A stretch of 45,448 nucleotides of DNA, from positions 1 through 45,448 of the forward strand of contig SLFZ01000041.1 of the NCBI GenBank assembly GCA_007123975.1, read 5' to 3'. The stretch comes from Candidatus Izemoplasma sp. GTDB lineage: Bacteria > Bacillota_I > Bacilli_A > Izemoplasmatales > Izemoplasmataceae. The notes under the pieces are model-generated. The model did no database searches, had not been told where the DNA came from, and saw nothing but the letters and a program-made list of their open reading frames with translations. Shown here one piece after another: positions 19,649-28,278 of this stretch; position 1 is the stretch's first letter, and each line of letters starts with the position of its first letter. The position numbers were made by a program, and so were the translations under genes.

Positions 19649-22517
19649 AATACTTGGCATCAATGGCGGTGATGTTCGCTTTATGCTCTTCTTCAAGACG
19701 CTTTTGAATCGGCTTCAGTTTCGGGTCTTGACCGCGCGTGACCGACTTCAGGTAGCGCTTAAAGGCACGAATGGTGGACTGCAGGGCCTTTTCGAGTTGA
19801 ACGCGATCGGCATCGAGTTCCGATAACGTCGCTTTCACGTCTGCTTGCAGATTGTCAAGTTGTTTTTTGGTTGCGGATTCAAGCGATGATTTGGCAATTT
19901 TGAGTTCTTTGAGGAGTTCGGCTTTCAACGACTCGACGGGAATTTTGGCCTCGACAGTGTCGAGTTTCTTACGCGCATCATCAAAGGCGGACGCGGTCGC
20001 TTGCGTGCGTTCATCGAGGTTTTTGAACTCGTCGCGATAGCGCGCGTCAATCGCTTGCATGGCTTGATAATGTTCTTCGGCAAGCGCCATACGCTCAGCC
20101 TCAAAAGCCTCGACGTCAATCGCCGTATCGGCCTCGAGTTGACGAAGTTTCTCGTCGATGGCGGCGATTTTTCCTTGCGGCTCAGCGATTTTTTCATCGC
20201 GTTGTGCTTTGGCTTCGGCAAGCGCTTCCTCAAGGCGTCCTTTGGCTGTTGATGTGGACTCCGATTCGATGTAAGGAATCAGTTTGGAGTCCTCGCGGCG
20301 CTCGAACATCTCGAGCTTTTCTTCGCTTTGTTTAAGCAGCGATTCGAAAGTTTCAACGGTTTTTTGCTTTAAGCCTTCGGCGTCCTCTTTGGCCTTTTTC
20401 GCCCGTTGTTCGGCGGCGTCAATTTGCTTGTTGTAGCGGATGATAAGGGCATCGTTTTCTTTGTCCGATTCAAGTTTTTCAAGCCGTTCTGTGTAGTGCT
20501 CAATCAGACGGGCTTTTTGGCTTTCAAGCTCTTCACGGTCTTTTTCTTCGACAAAAAGCGCCAGGCGGTACTCCACGGTCTCGAGTTTCTCATCGCGCTC
20601 TTCAAGCAACGCCTTGCGTTCATAAAGGTAGGGTTGTTCGGCTTTGGCGAGCTTCTGCTGGGCGTACTCGAGTTCTTGAGCGCGTGCTCGTTCGATGTTT
20701 TCAACCCGTGCATCGTATTCCTTGTGGGCGAACTTGATTTGTTGTTCAGCAAACAAGCGCTGGCTTTCCACGGTCGTTCGAACCATCGCTTCATTGACGC
20801 CCATTCCGACGTTCAAACGTTCGGCTTGGCTCTTGGTGATGTCAATCTCACCTTGATAAAGCGACCGAATTTTCAGCAGCTGGAGTTCGTATTCCTTCTC
20901 GGCAACCTCCATTTGTCCTTCAAGGTAGATGCGCTCGTTTTTTGCGTCTTCCTGAGCTCGGATGCGGTTGATGTCAGCATGCTTTTCTTGGCGATTTTGC
21001 TTTTCCAACAAGGCCTTATGCCGGGTGGCGTAGTTGATGTTTTCGGCAGTTTCATCCAACGCTTTTTGCAAGGTCAAGACGAAGCGATCCTCGTCGTCGG
21101 CTTTGGTTTTCAGACGTTCAGCCAAATCGAGTTCGAGGGTCTTGAACGTCCGTTTTAACTCGTTGAGGCGTTCAAGCGCCTTGAGTTCGGCGAGGGCGAA
21201 ATCGCCGTGTTCGGCAAGGACAATTTTTTGCAGACCTTCGGCGAAACGGATTAATGCTTTATTATAATCGGCGAGGCCTTGGTGGAAACGTTTGAGTTCG
21301 TCGACATAACGAGCATTGACCTTGCGGTCGTTTTCCAACGCCTTGTGGTCTTCACGTACCTTAAAGAGCGCGGTCGATTCCTTAAACTTCAGTTTTTCCG
21401 TTTCGAGCTGGATTTTCAGTTTGTATGTTTCGTCTTCGTGTTTGCGTTCAATCGTTTTTCGTTGCGCCAAAAGCTTGTCGCGTTGGCGCTTGGTCTTTTG
21501 GCTTGCGAGGCGTTTCACTTGTTCTTCGTAGAGTGAAAGGTTTTGTTTTTCTTTACGATCGTAGGCTTTCAGCAACGCGGCGAGTTTTTTCTCATCGCGC
21601 TGTTTTTCCGCTGTCATGATGTCGAAGCGCAACTGTTTCAAGTCGTCTTGTAGGGTCGAGCGCAGTTTCTTCTCGGCTTCAAGCCGTTTTTGGAACTTTT
21701 GTTTGAACTGGTCAAGGGTATCGCTTTCCAGCGTCTCGAGCTCGTCGTCAATTCGCGCGAGTTTCTCCTCACAGGAGGCTTGGCTTTCTTTGATGCGTTG
21801 TTCGAGTTTTCCGACGGCGCGTTCATACATTCGATCGATTTTTTCGCTGAAGAAGTCGTCTTCGGTGGAGGTGTAGAAGAAGTGCGTTCGTTCTTCATCG
21901 GCAATTCTCAATCCTTGACGTAAACTTTGAAGGCCTTTCTTAAAGGCTTCAAAGCCTTCGTTATGTTTCTCAATCAACGACGGAATGGCCGTTTCACCAT
22001 CCAGTCGATTCGCAAACACGTCCTCGGTCGAATCAAAGAGTTGTTCGACCCACGTGAGGGTGTGGGTTTTTAGCGGTTCAATGATTGCTTCACCGACGCC
22101 AATGTCGCGTTGTCGTTCGGTGGCGAAGAATGCCTTGATGCGGTTTTTGAGCATGGTCAGATGAACGCTGAAGGGATGGTCCCGAAGGTAGCGTGCATCA
22201 AAAAGACGCAACGAACGAAGCGAAGCGTGAATATCGTCGCGTGCGGTTAAGAGATGTTGGAACTGCTCGGCTGTTGAGGTTTCGCGGGTGTCGATGTCTT
22301 CTTTGAGCGCATCGATTTCTTTGTTGAGGGCAGCGAGTTTGTCGTTGGTCTCCTCAACACGGCGAAGGTGGCCTTCTTTGACCTTTTGGTTCGCCTCATA
22401 AACCTCTTTGATGAGTTTTTGCAAAAGTTCGGATTCCTTCTGCAAATCTTCATCGATGAGCAGGGCCAAATCGCGATTCGCTTTGGAGAGGGTCGCTAGT
22501 TCGTGCTTTTTGGCCAT
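19647..22517 (-). CDS. Giant coiled-coil protein B (956 aa), unknown family
   Basis: Uninterrupted 2.87-kb ORF. The ATG lies 16 nt after the upstream stop with AAAGGA in the spacer. The sequence is dominated by E/K/R/L/A/D/Q in heptad-like runs, with a less regular segment around residues 100-235. No TM segment, signal peptide, Walker A or LPXTG. Confidence 0.85.
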   Translation of the reverse strand: MAKKHELATLSKANRDLALLIDEDLQKESELLQKLIKEVYEANQKVKEGHLRRVEETNDKLAALNKEIDALKEDIDTRETSTAEQFQHLLTARDDIHASLRSLRLFDARYLRDHPFSVHLTMLKNRIKAFFATERQRDIGVGEAIIEPLKTHTLTWVEQLFDSTEDVFANRLDGETAIPSLIEKHNEGFEAFKKGLQSLRQGLRIADEERTHFFYTSTEDDFFSEKIDRMYERAVGKLEQRIKESQASCEEKLARIDDELETLESDTLDQFKQKFQKRLEAEKKLRSTLQDDLKQLRFDIMTAEKQRDEKKLAALLKAYDRKEKQNLSLYEEQVKRLASQKTKRQRDKLLAQRKTIERKHEDETYKLKIQLETEKLKFKESTALFKVREDHKALENDRKVNARYVDELKRFHQGLADYNKALIRFAEGLQKIVLAEHGDFALAELKALERLNELKRTFKTLELDLAERLKTKADDEDRFVLTLQKALDETAENINYATRHKALLEKQNRQEKHADINRIRAQEDAKNERIYLEGQMEVAEKEYELQLLKIRSLYQGEIDITKSQAERLNVGMGVNEAMVRTTVESQRLFAEQQIKFAHKEYDARVENIERARAQELEYAQQKLAKAEQPYLYERKALLEERDEKLETVEYRLALFVEEKDREELESQKARLIEHYTERLEKLESDKENDALIIRYNKQIDAAEQRAKKAKEDAEGLKQKTVETFESLLKQSEEKLEMFERREDSKLIPYIESESTSTAKGRLEEALAEAKAQRDEKIAEPQGKIAAIDEKLRQLEADTAIDVEAFEAERMALAEEHYQAMQAIDARYRDEFKNLDERTQATASAFDDARKKLDTVEAKIPVESLKAELLKELKIAKSSLESATKKQLDNLQADVKATLSELDADRVQLEKALQSTIRAFKRYLKSVTRGQDPKLKPIQKRLEEEHKANITAIDAKY

Positions 22518-22533
22518 CCGGGGTCATCCTTTC

Positions 22534-25500
22534 TCAGTCGCGGTCGGCGATGGTGCGAGCCGTCTCGCGAACGAGGCGGTCGATGAAATCGTCTTGCAGG
22601 GCGGTGAGTGCCTTGGCCGGCGCCGTCGCTTCGATGTGGAAACTGTCGCGTAAGATGTCGGTGGCGTCGTTCAAGGCTTGTTTCAGTTTTTTAAGCTCAT
22701 TGTCTTCGGCGTGTCTGAACGCTTCGCGATGGTTTTGGACATCGGCGATGAGGGCGGCGAGTTTTTCACGTTGGATGCCGGCGTCTCGATCAACCGAGCG
22801 TGCGGCTTCCTCTATGCTTTCTTCTAAACGTTGCGCGCCCGTAAGCATCTGTGCTTCATGCGCTTCGTTGGTGGCTTTGAGTTTGGCGTTAAGGGCGTCG
22901 ATGCCTTGTTTGGTCTCGACTTCGATCGATTCAATCGATTCGCGAAGTTCGATGATTTGGCTTTCGCTGCGCTGGGCGTTTTGGTCGACGGATTCTTGAC
23001 GGAGGTTGTCGGCGGCGTCGAGTTTGCTTCGGTGGGCTTTTCTTTCATACTCGACAATTTGACCCGCATCCTCAAGACGACCATGCAATTTTTCGAGTTT
23101 CTGAGTATATGCTTTTTCGTGTTCGGCCATGAGGCGGGTGTGTTTTTGATCGATTTCGGCGATGGCTTGATCGCGATCGGCGTTCAAGCGCTCAATGTCC
23201 TCACGCGCCTTTTTTTCATGATGCTTTTTCGTCTCCATAAGACGTTCGGTTTCCGTTTTTAAAGCATTTACTTGACGGTCGACCGTGGCGGTTCGTTCGG
23301 CGAGTTTGCTCTCAAAGGCAGCGCGGTGTGCGTCGAGTTCTTGATCATGGGCAGCAAGGTTTTCCTCGACCGCGGCTTCCAACGGTTGAAGTTCTTGTTC
23401 GAACTTGGCGGCGGTTTGTGCACGCGCTTTTTTGTGGTTGGCACGGGCGCGTTCAACGAGCGCGCGGTCGGCGGCGTTCAGTCCTTCATACACGGCCACG
23501 ATGGCGTCATCCAAACTGCGGTGTTCGGCCTCGACGTTGTCCCGGATAAATTGGTAAACGGGGGCTAGTTTGTCTTTGAGCACGCGCAGCGTGGTTTTCT
23601 GTTCGCCACTCACTTTTTTCTTCGCATCGTCGAGGCGACGCAAGAAGGCTTGAATGGCTTGTTCCTTTTGTTTGACAATTCGCTGGCTTTGACGCTCGTG
23701 CTCTTGGTTTGCCTTGTCGCGGAGGGTTTGACGTTTTTTGGCGTCATCGACGTCTTTGAGTTTGCGTTTCAAGGTGACATCATGCTGGAAACGCGTGGCT
23801 TCTAGCACGCGTTCATAGGCGTGTTCAAGCCACATCTCAAGCTGCTTTGCGAAAGGTCTTGCGACTAAAATAAGCAGTGATTTTAGGCTGCTTTCAGGGT
23901 CTTTAAGCGTCTTTTCATAGGCATCGAGGGTGTTTTTGAGGGGTTCGTAATGCGGCTTGATAAGTTCACGCTCGTGGTTTATGGTGTCGGTCATTGAGCG
24001 GATGTTTTTAAGCGCCGACTCGGTTTCACGCTCTAAGGCGCGATCGATAAACGAAAGGCGCTCGTCGCGGCGACGTTTCGTGTCTTCTATATCCTCGCGC
24101 AGGGTTTGCTGGTTGCGTTCAAAGGTGCGAATCAAAGCGCGTTTGGCTTTTTCGTGGTTGTCGCGCTCGACCTCGCGGAGCTTTTTGCGCTTTTCATCCG
24201 CAAGGCGCAGGGTTTGTTCGATGGCGTCGATTTCGTAGTCTATTTTGGTCGTCGCCTCACGGGTTTCACTGACGACGTCGTTGACCTCCATGTCAAACTC
24301 GCGGTTAATGGCGTGTTTTTCGATGGCGGTTTCAACACGGATGCGCTCGGTTTCAATGTCGCGACGCGTTGTCAACAACTCGATGTCGCGCTCGACGTGT
24401 GTCTTGCGCAATTGATGCACAGCGTCTGACACGGCCTGGGCCAGCTCGAGTTGTTCGACGGACAAGGCGTGTTGATGTTCAACCTTGGTGTTTTCAAGCC
24501 GCTCTTGTTCGCGAACGATTTTTATGTCGCTTAAGCGGTGATGTTTTTTGATGCGAGCTTCGTGTTCAAGGTTGGCTTTGTCGAGATCAAAGCGCAGCTT
24601 GGCAATGCGCATGTCGTAGCGAAGGGCAGCGTCCTCCTGCTCAACAAGCAGTTTGCTTTTGTTGATGCTGATTTCTTTGCGTGCGTCCAAACTGTCGAGG
24701 AAACCTTCAATGTCGTCGATCTGACGGTGAACGTCTTTGAGCTTTTTCATGGCGTCAACGTGAAGGTTGGCGCGGTTTTTCTCGAAGGCATCCAACGCAG
24801 AAAAACACCGATCGACGAAGGCGTTTAAGGTTTTAAACGTCGCATGAGGATGCAAGGCATCGGTCGTCGCGGCGGCTTTGATTTCGGTTTGTTCAACGTG
24901 GTCTTCAACCACAGCGAAAATCGCTTTGATGCGATTGTGGTTGGCTTTAAGTCCTTCGCCGAAGGATTCAAACGCTTGGCCGACAGTGCCTAAGGCATTG
25001 GTGATGGCTTTGTCGGCGAGTTTGGCGTGTCGAGCGATTAACTCGATGACCATTGATGCCTGCTTTTCCAACGTGTTGCGCCGCAGTTCGGCGAGTTTAA
25101 GGCGTTGGTTGAGGTCGCGGATTTCTTCTTTGGTGAGCCCTGATTGCGGGGCTGCCTTGATCGCGGTTTCTAAGCGATTACGCTCAAAGTCGTAATCGAG
25201 TTTTAGGGTGTCTTTGACACGGGAGAGGTAATCTTTGGTGTCGTTGACGAGGGATTGAATGGTTGCTTGGCATGCATTGAAGGGGCTTTCAAGCGCAGCA
25301 CGGTCTTGCGTGATGCGGGCGTCGATGGCTTTAAGACGTTGGTTGAAACGTCGGCGAAACGCGTTCGTGGCACCGGTGATTGTACGCGTGTGCTCACCGG
25401 TGGCTGTTTTTTCATCTTTAAGCCCAGATTCAAGCGCTTCGCGATGGGCCTTTAGGTCGTTTTGCAAGGCTTTGTAGATTGCTTTTGATGCTTGGTTTTC

Positions 25501-26037
25501 ACCGCTTGCAACACGTGAAAGCGCGTCGATTTCTTCATCGACGCTGGTTGCCATGCGTTTAAGGTTTTTCGTTAGGTTTTGTTTGAACTCGTTGAGTTTT
25601 TCTTCGTAGGTTTTTATCGCTTCTAAATGGCGTTTCTCAATTTCTTTGACTTTGACTTTTCGCTCGTTTTCCAACGCTTGGATGTCGTCTTCAATCAGCA
25701 TCGCCGATTTTTTATGGTCGAGTTTGAAGGCTTCGATTTCGGTGCGGATGGCGGCTTTTAGATCAGCGATGGCTTTTTCAATCTTCGCGATTTCTTGCTT
25801 TTGGGCGCGCTTGCGAACTTCGATGCTGTCGGAGTATTGCTTTTCGAGGCGGACTTTGTCTTTCGTGAAGGCACGTTCTTTTTGTTCGTAGGCGGCTTCC
25901 GAGTCCTTGGTCAGCGCGTCGAAGCGTTTGTTGATGTCGGCTAACGCTTGGTAATCGCGTTTGATGCGACGGTTGTAGCGTTTTTCAATCTCATAGCGCG
26001 TGGTGGTATCCGCGTCTTTAGCGAATGGGTCTTTCAC
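22534..26037 (-). CDS. Giant coiled-coil protein A (1167 aa), unknown family
   Basis: Uninterrupted 3.5-kb ORF. GTG start 8 nt after GAGGAGG. Charged helical sequence throughout, with interrupted regions around residues 170-470 and 690-760. No TM segment, signal peptide, P-loop or catalytic motif seen. Confidence 0.85.
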   Translation of the reverse strand: MKDPFAKDADTTTRYEIEKRYNRRIKRDYQALADINKRFDALTKDSEAAYEQKERAFTKDKVRLEKQYSDSIEVRKRAQKQEIAKIEKAIADLKAAIRTEIEAFKLDHKKSAMLIEDDIQALENERKVKVKEIEKRHLEAIKTYEEKLNEFKQNLTKNLKRMATSVDEEIDALSRVASGENQASKAIYKALQNDLKAHREALESGLKDEKTATGEHTRTITGATNAFRRRFNQRLKAIDARITQDRAALESPFNACQATIQSLVNDTKDYLSRVKDTLKLDYDFERNRLETAIKAAPQSGLTKEEIRDLNQRLKLAELRRNTLEKQASMVIELIARHAKLADKAITNALGTVGQAFESFGEGLKANHNRIKAIFAVVEDHVEQTEIKAAATTDALHPHATFKTLNAFVDRCFSALDAFEKNRANLHVDAMKKLKDVHRQIDDIEGFLDSLDARKEISINKSKLLVEQEDAALRYDMRIAKLRFDLDKANLEHEARIKKHHRLSDIKIVREQERLENTKVEHQHALSVEQLELAQAVSDAVHQLRKTHVERDIELLTTRRDIETERIRVETAIEKHAINREFDMEVNDVVSETREATTKIDYEIDAIEQTLRLADEKRKKLREVERDNHEKAKRALIRTFERNQQTLREDIEDTKRRRDERLSFIDRALERETESALKNIRSMTDTINHERELIKPHYEPLKNTLDAYEKTLKDPESSLKSLLILVARPFAKQLEMWLEHAYERVLEATRFQHDVTLKRKLKDVDDAKKRQTLRDKANQEHERQSQRIVKQKEQAIQAFLRRLDDAKKKVSGEQKTTLRVLKDKLAPVYQFIRDNVEAEHRSLDDAIVAVYEGLNAADRALVERARANHKKARAQTAAKFEQELQPLEAAVEENLAAHDQELDAHRAAFESKLAERTATVDRQVNALKTETERLMETKKHHEKKAREDIERLNADRDQAIAEIDQKHTRLMAEHEKAYTQKLEKLHGRLEDAGQIVEYERKAHRSKLDAADNLRQESVDQNAQRSESQIIELRESIESIEVETKQGIDALNAKLKATNEAHEAQMLTGAQRLEESIEEAARSVDRDAGIQREKLAALIADVQNHREAFRHAEDNELKKLKQALNDATDILRDSFHIEATAPAKALTALQDDFIDRLVRETARTIADRD

Positions 26038-26075
26038 CGTGCTGACCTCCTCGTGTGTGGCGTAATGTTGCCCTT

Positions 26076-26104
26076 ATTTTAACATAGAAAGGTCAAGGTG
26101 ACAA
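26076..26104 (-). promoter_or_regulatory. Candidate sigma-A promoter of the coiled-coil operon
   Basis: On the minus strand: TTGTCA (26104-26099), 17-nt spacer ending in TGt, TAAAAT (26081-26076). About 40 nt upstream of the GTG start. Confidence 0.55.
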
Positions 26105-26131
26105 TTGAGATTATCCTTTTGCGGGCTTTCG

Positions 26132-26160
26132 TTGGTATTGTCGGCGGTTTGGTGTATAAT
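26132..26160 (+). promoter_or_regulatory. Candidate ruvB promoter
   Basis: TTGGTA (26132-26137), 17-nt spacer, TATAAT (26155-26160). Back-to-back with the divergent coiled-coil promoter. Confidence 0.5.
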
Positions 26161-26179
26161 TTTCACTGAGGTGATGGCC

Positions 26180-27187
26180 ATGGAAGAACGACTTGTGTCC
26201 GGTGAACGACACGACACAGACATTGAACCGTTGAGCTTGCGTCCGAAGACGCTTGCCGAATACATCGGGCAAGATCACGTCAAAGAAATGATGGACATTT
26301 TTATTCGCGCAGCCAAAGGACGGCGCGAAAGTTTGGACCACGTGTTGCTTTATGGGCCGCCCGGACTAGGCAAGACGACACTTGCGAACATCGTTGCCAA
26401 CGAGATTGGTGTGCAAATTAAAGTCACCAGTGGACCAAGCATCGAAAAAAGCGGCGATTTGGCCGTGCTTTTGACGAGTTTGGAACCGGGCGATATATTG
26501 TTCATCGACGAGATTCATCGACTGCCTAGGGTGGTTGAAGAAGTGCTTTATCCGGCGATGGAGGACTTTGTCATTGACTTGATTGTCGGCAAAGACGAAA
26601 CCAGTCGCTCGATTCGTGTTGATTTGCCGCCGTTTACGCTCATTGGTGCGACGACACGCTTTGGTGACTTAACGGCGCCGTTGCGAGAGCGTTTCGGTGT
26701 GGTGCATAAACTCGAGTATTACGATCAAGATGCCCTTGAAAAAATCGCCGCTCGGACGGCGAAAATCTATGAGGCAACTGTCGAAACCGACAGTTTGAAA
26801 GAAATTGCCAGACGAAGCCGTGGAACGCCGCGCATCACCAACCGTTTGTTCCGTCGGATTCGCGATTTCGCCGACGTGTTAAACGATGGGAAGATGGACG
26901 CCGCCATCACCAAAACGGCGCTCGATAAACTCGGCATCGACACGCTTGGCCTCGACCAAAAAGACCACGATTATCTGCGCGGTCTCATTGAAAACTATGG
27001 CGGCGGCCCCGTGGGCGTGGAAAGCCTTGCCACTTCCATCGGGGAAGAGGTGACCACGGTCGAAGATGTGTATGAGCCTTATTTGCTGAAGATCGGGTTC
27101 GTGCAACGCACACCACGAGGGCGTGTGGCCACCGAAAGAGCCTATAAACACATGAAAATACCTTTTCAAGGCGGGTTGTTTGGATGA
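26180..27187 (+). CDS. ruvB: Holliday junction branch migration helicase RuvB
   Basis: MEERLVSGE...[12 protein letters not shown]...[14 protein letters not shown]...DEIHRL is near-identical in pattern to B. subtilis RuvB. The ATG at 26180 follows GAGGTG. Confidence 0.96.
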   Translation: MEERLVSGERHDTDIEPLSLRPKTLAEYIGQDHVKEMMDIFIRAAKGRRESLDHVLLYGPPGLGKTTLANIVANEIGVQIKVTSGPSIEKSGDLAVLLTSLEPGDILFIDEIHRLPRVVEEVLYPAMEDFVIDLIVGKDETSRSIRVDLPPFTLIGATTRFGDLTAPLRERFGVVHKLEYYDQDALEKIAARTAKIYEATVETDSLKEIARRSRGTPRITNRLFRRIRDFADVLNDGKMDAAITKTALDKLGIDTLGLDQKDHDYLRGLIENYGGGPVGVESLATSIGEEVTTVEDVYEPYLLKIGFVQRTPRGRVATERAYKHMKIPFQGGLFG

Positions 27188-28215
27188 AGGTCAAGGATTT
27201 TCGCTACGAGCTTCCCGAACATCTTATTGCCCAAACCCCGCTGAAGGACCGAACCGCCTCACGGCTTCTGGTGGTCGACCGTGACAATGGGAAACGCGTT
27301 GACACGACGTTCACCGCGTTTAAAAACTACCTCAGAAAAGGCGATGTGCTCGTCATCAATGACACCGCCGTCTTGCCCGCAAGGCTGATTGGCCAAAAGG
27401 CCGATAGCGGCGGGTTGGTTGAGGTTTTGCTCTTGCGTCAAGAAGCCGATGACGTCTGGGAGTGTTTGGTTAAGCGTGCGAAAAAGGTTCGCGTGGGAAC
27501 ACGGGTTGTCTTTGGCGATGGCAAACTAATGGCCGAATGTGTCGAGGTGCTTCCAGAAGGGTTGCGACGCATGAAAATGCACTATCATGGCGTGTTTCTT
27601 GAAGTGCTGGAGGCGCTTGGTGAGATGCCTTTGCCGCCATACATTAAGGAAAAACTTGACGATAAAGATCGTTATCAAACGGTGTATCGCAACGAGCCCG
27701 GAAGCGCTGCCGCGCCGACGGCAGGTCTCCATTTCACAGACGCCTACCTAAAAGACGTGCAAGCCATGGGCGTTGAGATTGCTCGGATTACGTTGCACGT
27801 CGGCCTTGGCACCTTTCGTCCCGTGTCGGTTGACAAGGTCGAAGATCATAAAATGCACGAAGAGTATTATCGCTTGGATGCCGAAGCGGCCTCAGTCATC
27901 GCAACGGCGATGAAGGAAAAACGGCGCATCGTCGCCGTTGGCACGACGTCGATGCGCACGCTGGAGACGGTGGCGAAAAATCACGGTCGGATTGTCGAAG
28001 ACAGCGGATTTAGCGACATTTTTATCTATCCCGGGTTTCAGTTCAACGTGGTTGATGCGCTCTTGACGAACTTCCATCTGCCTGAATCGACGTTGTTGAT
28101 GCTGATAAGCGCGTTTTCGTCTCGTGATATTATCTTTGATAGTTACCTGTATGCGATTGAACGAGAGTATCGCTTTTTCTCCTTTGGCGATGCGATGTTT
28201 CTCACAAACCTATAG
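27184..28215 (+). CDS. queA: S-adenosylmethionine:tRNA ribosyltransferase-isomerase
   Basis: [20 protein letters not shown]...HFTD...GTTSMRTLE are QueA signatures. ATGA overlap with ruvB. Confidence 0.96.
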   Translation: MKVKDFRYELPEHLIAQTPLKDRTASRLLVVDRDNGKRVDTTFTAFKNYLRKGDVLVINDTAVLPARLIGQKADSGGLVEVLLLRQEADDVWECLVKRAKKVRVGTRVVFGDGKLMAECVEVLPEGLRRMKMHYHGVFLEVLEALGEMPLPPYIKEKLDDKDRYQTVYRNEPGSAAAPTAGLHFTDAYLKDVQAMGVEIARITLHVGLGTFRPVSVDKVEDHKMHEEYYRLDAEAASVIATAMKEKRRIVAVGTTSMRTLETVAKNHGRIVEDSGFSDIFIYPGFQFNVVDALLTNFHLPESTLLMLISAFSSRDIIFDSYLYAIEREYRFFSFGDAMFLTNL

Positions 28216-28216
28216 C

Positions 28217-28246
28217 AAGACCCGAACGCGTTCGGGTCTTTTTTTG
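28217..28246 (+). terminator. queA rho-independent terminator
   Basis: The palindrome GACCCGAACGCGTTCGGGTC (28219-28238) followed by TTTTTTT. Confidence 0.85.
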
Positions 28247-28249
28247 GCA

Positions 28250-28278
28250 AATTAAAACCGGACGCATGGTCCGGTTTT
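28250..28278 (-). terminator. Terminator of the minus-strand MFS operon
   Basis: CCGGAC (28258-28263) pairs with GTCCGG (28269-28274). On the minus strand it is followed by TTTTAATTT. It abuts the MFS stop codon. Confidence 0.7.

Noticed and set aside
20406-21158. 250-aa plus-strand ORF, and several 60-150-aa ORFs at 20001-25891, opposite the coiled-coil genes
   Set aside because: GAA/AAG/CTT-rich coiled-coil coding sequence rarely produces stops on the complementary strand. The translations are F/L/V/S-rich nonsense without starts supported by an RBS.
19647-26037. SMC/Rad50/RecN-type or surface M-protein-type interpretation of the coiled-coil proteins
   Set aside because: There are no Walker A/B or signature motifs at either end and no hinge-like globular centre. 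There is also no signal peptide, cell-wall anchor or choline-binding repeat, so neither interpretation is supported by the sequence.
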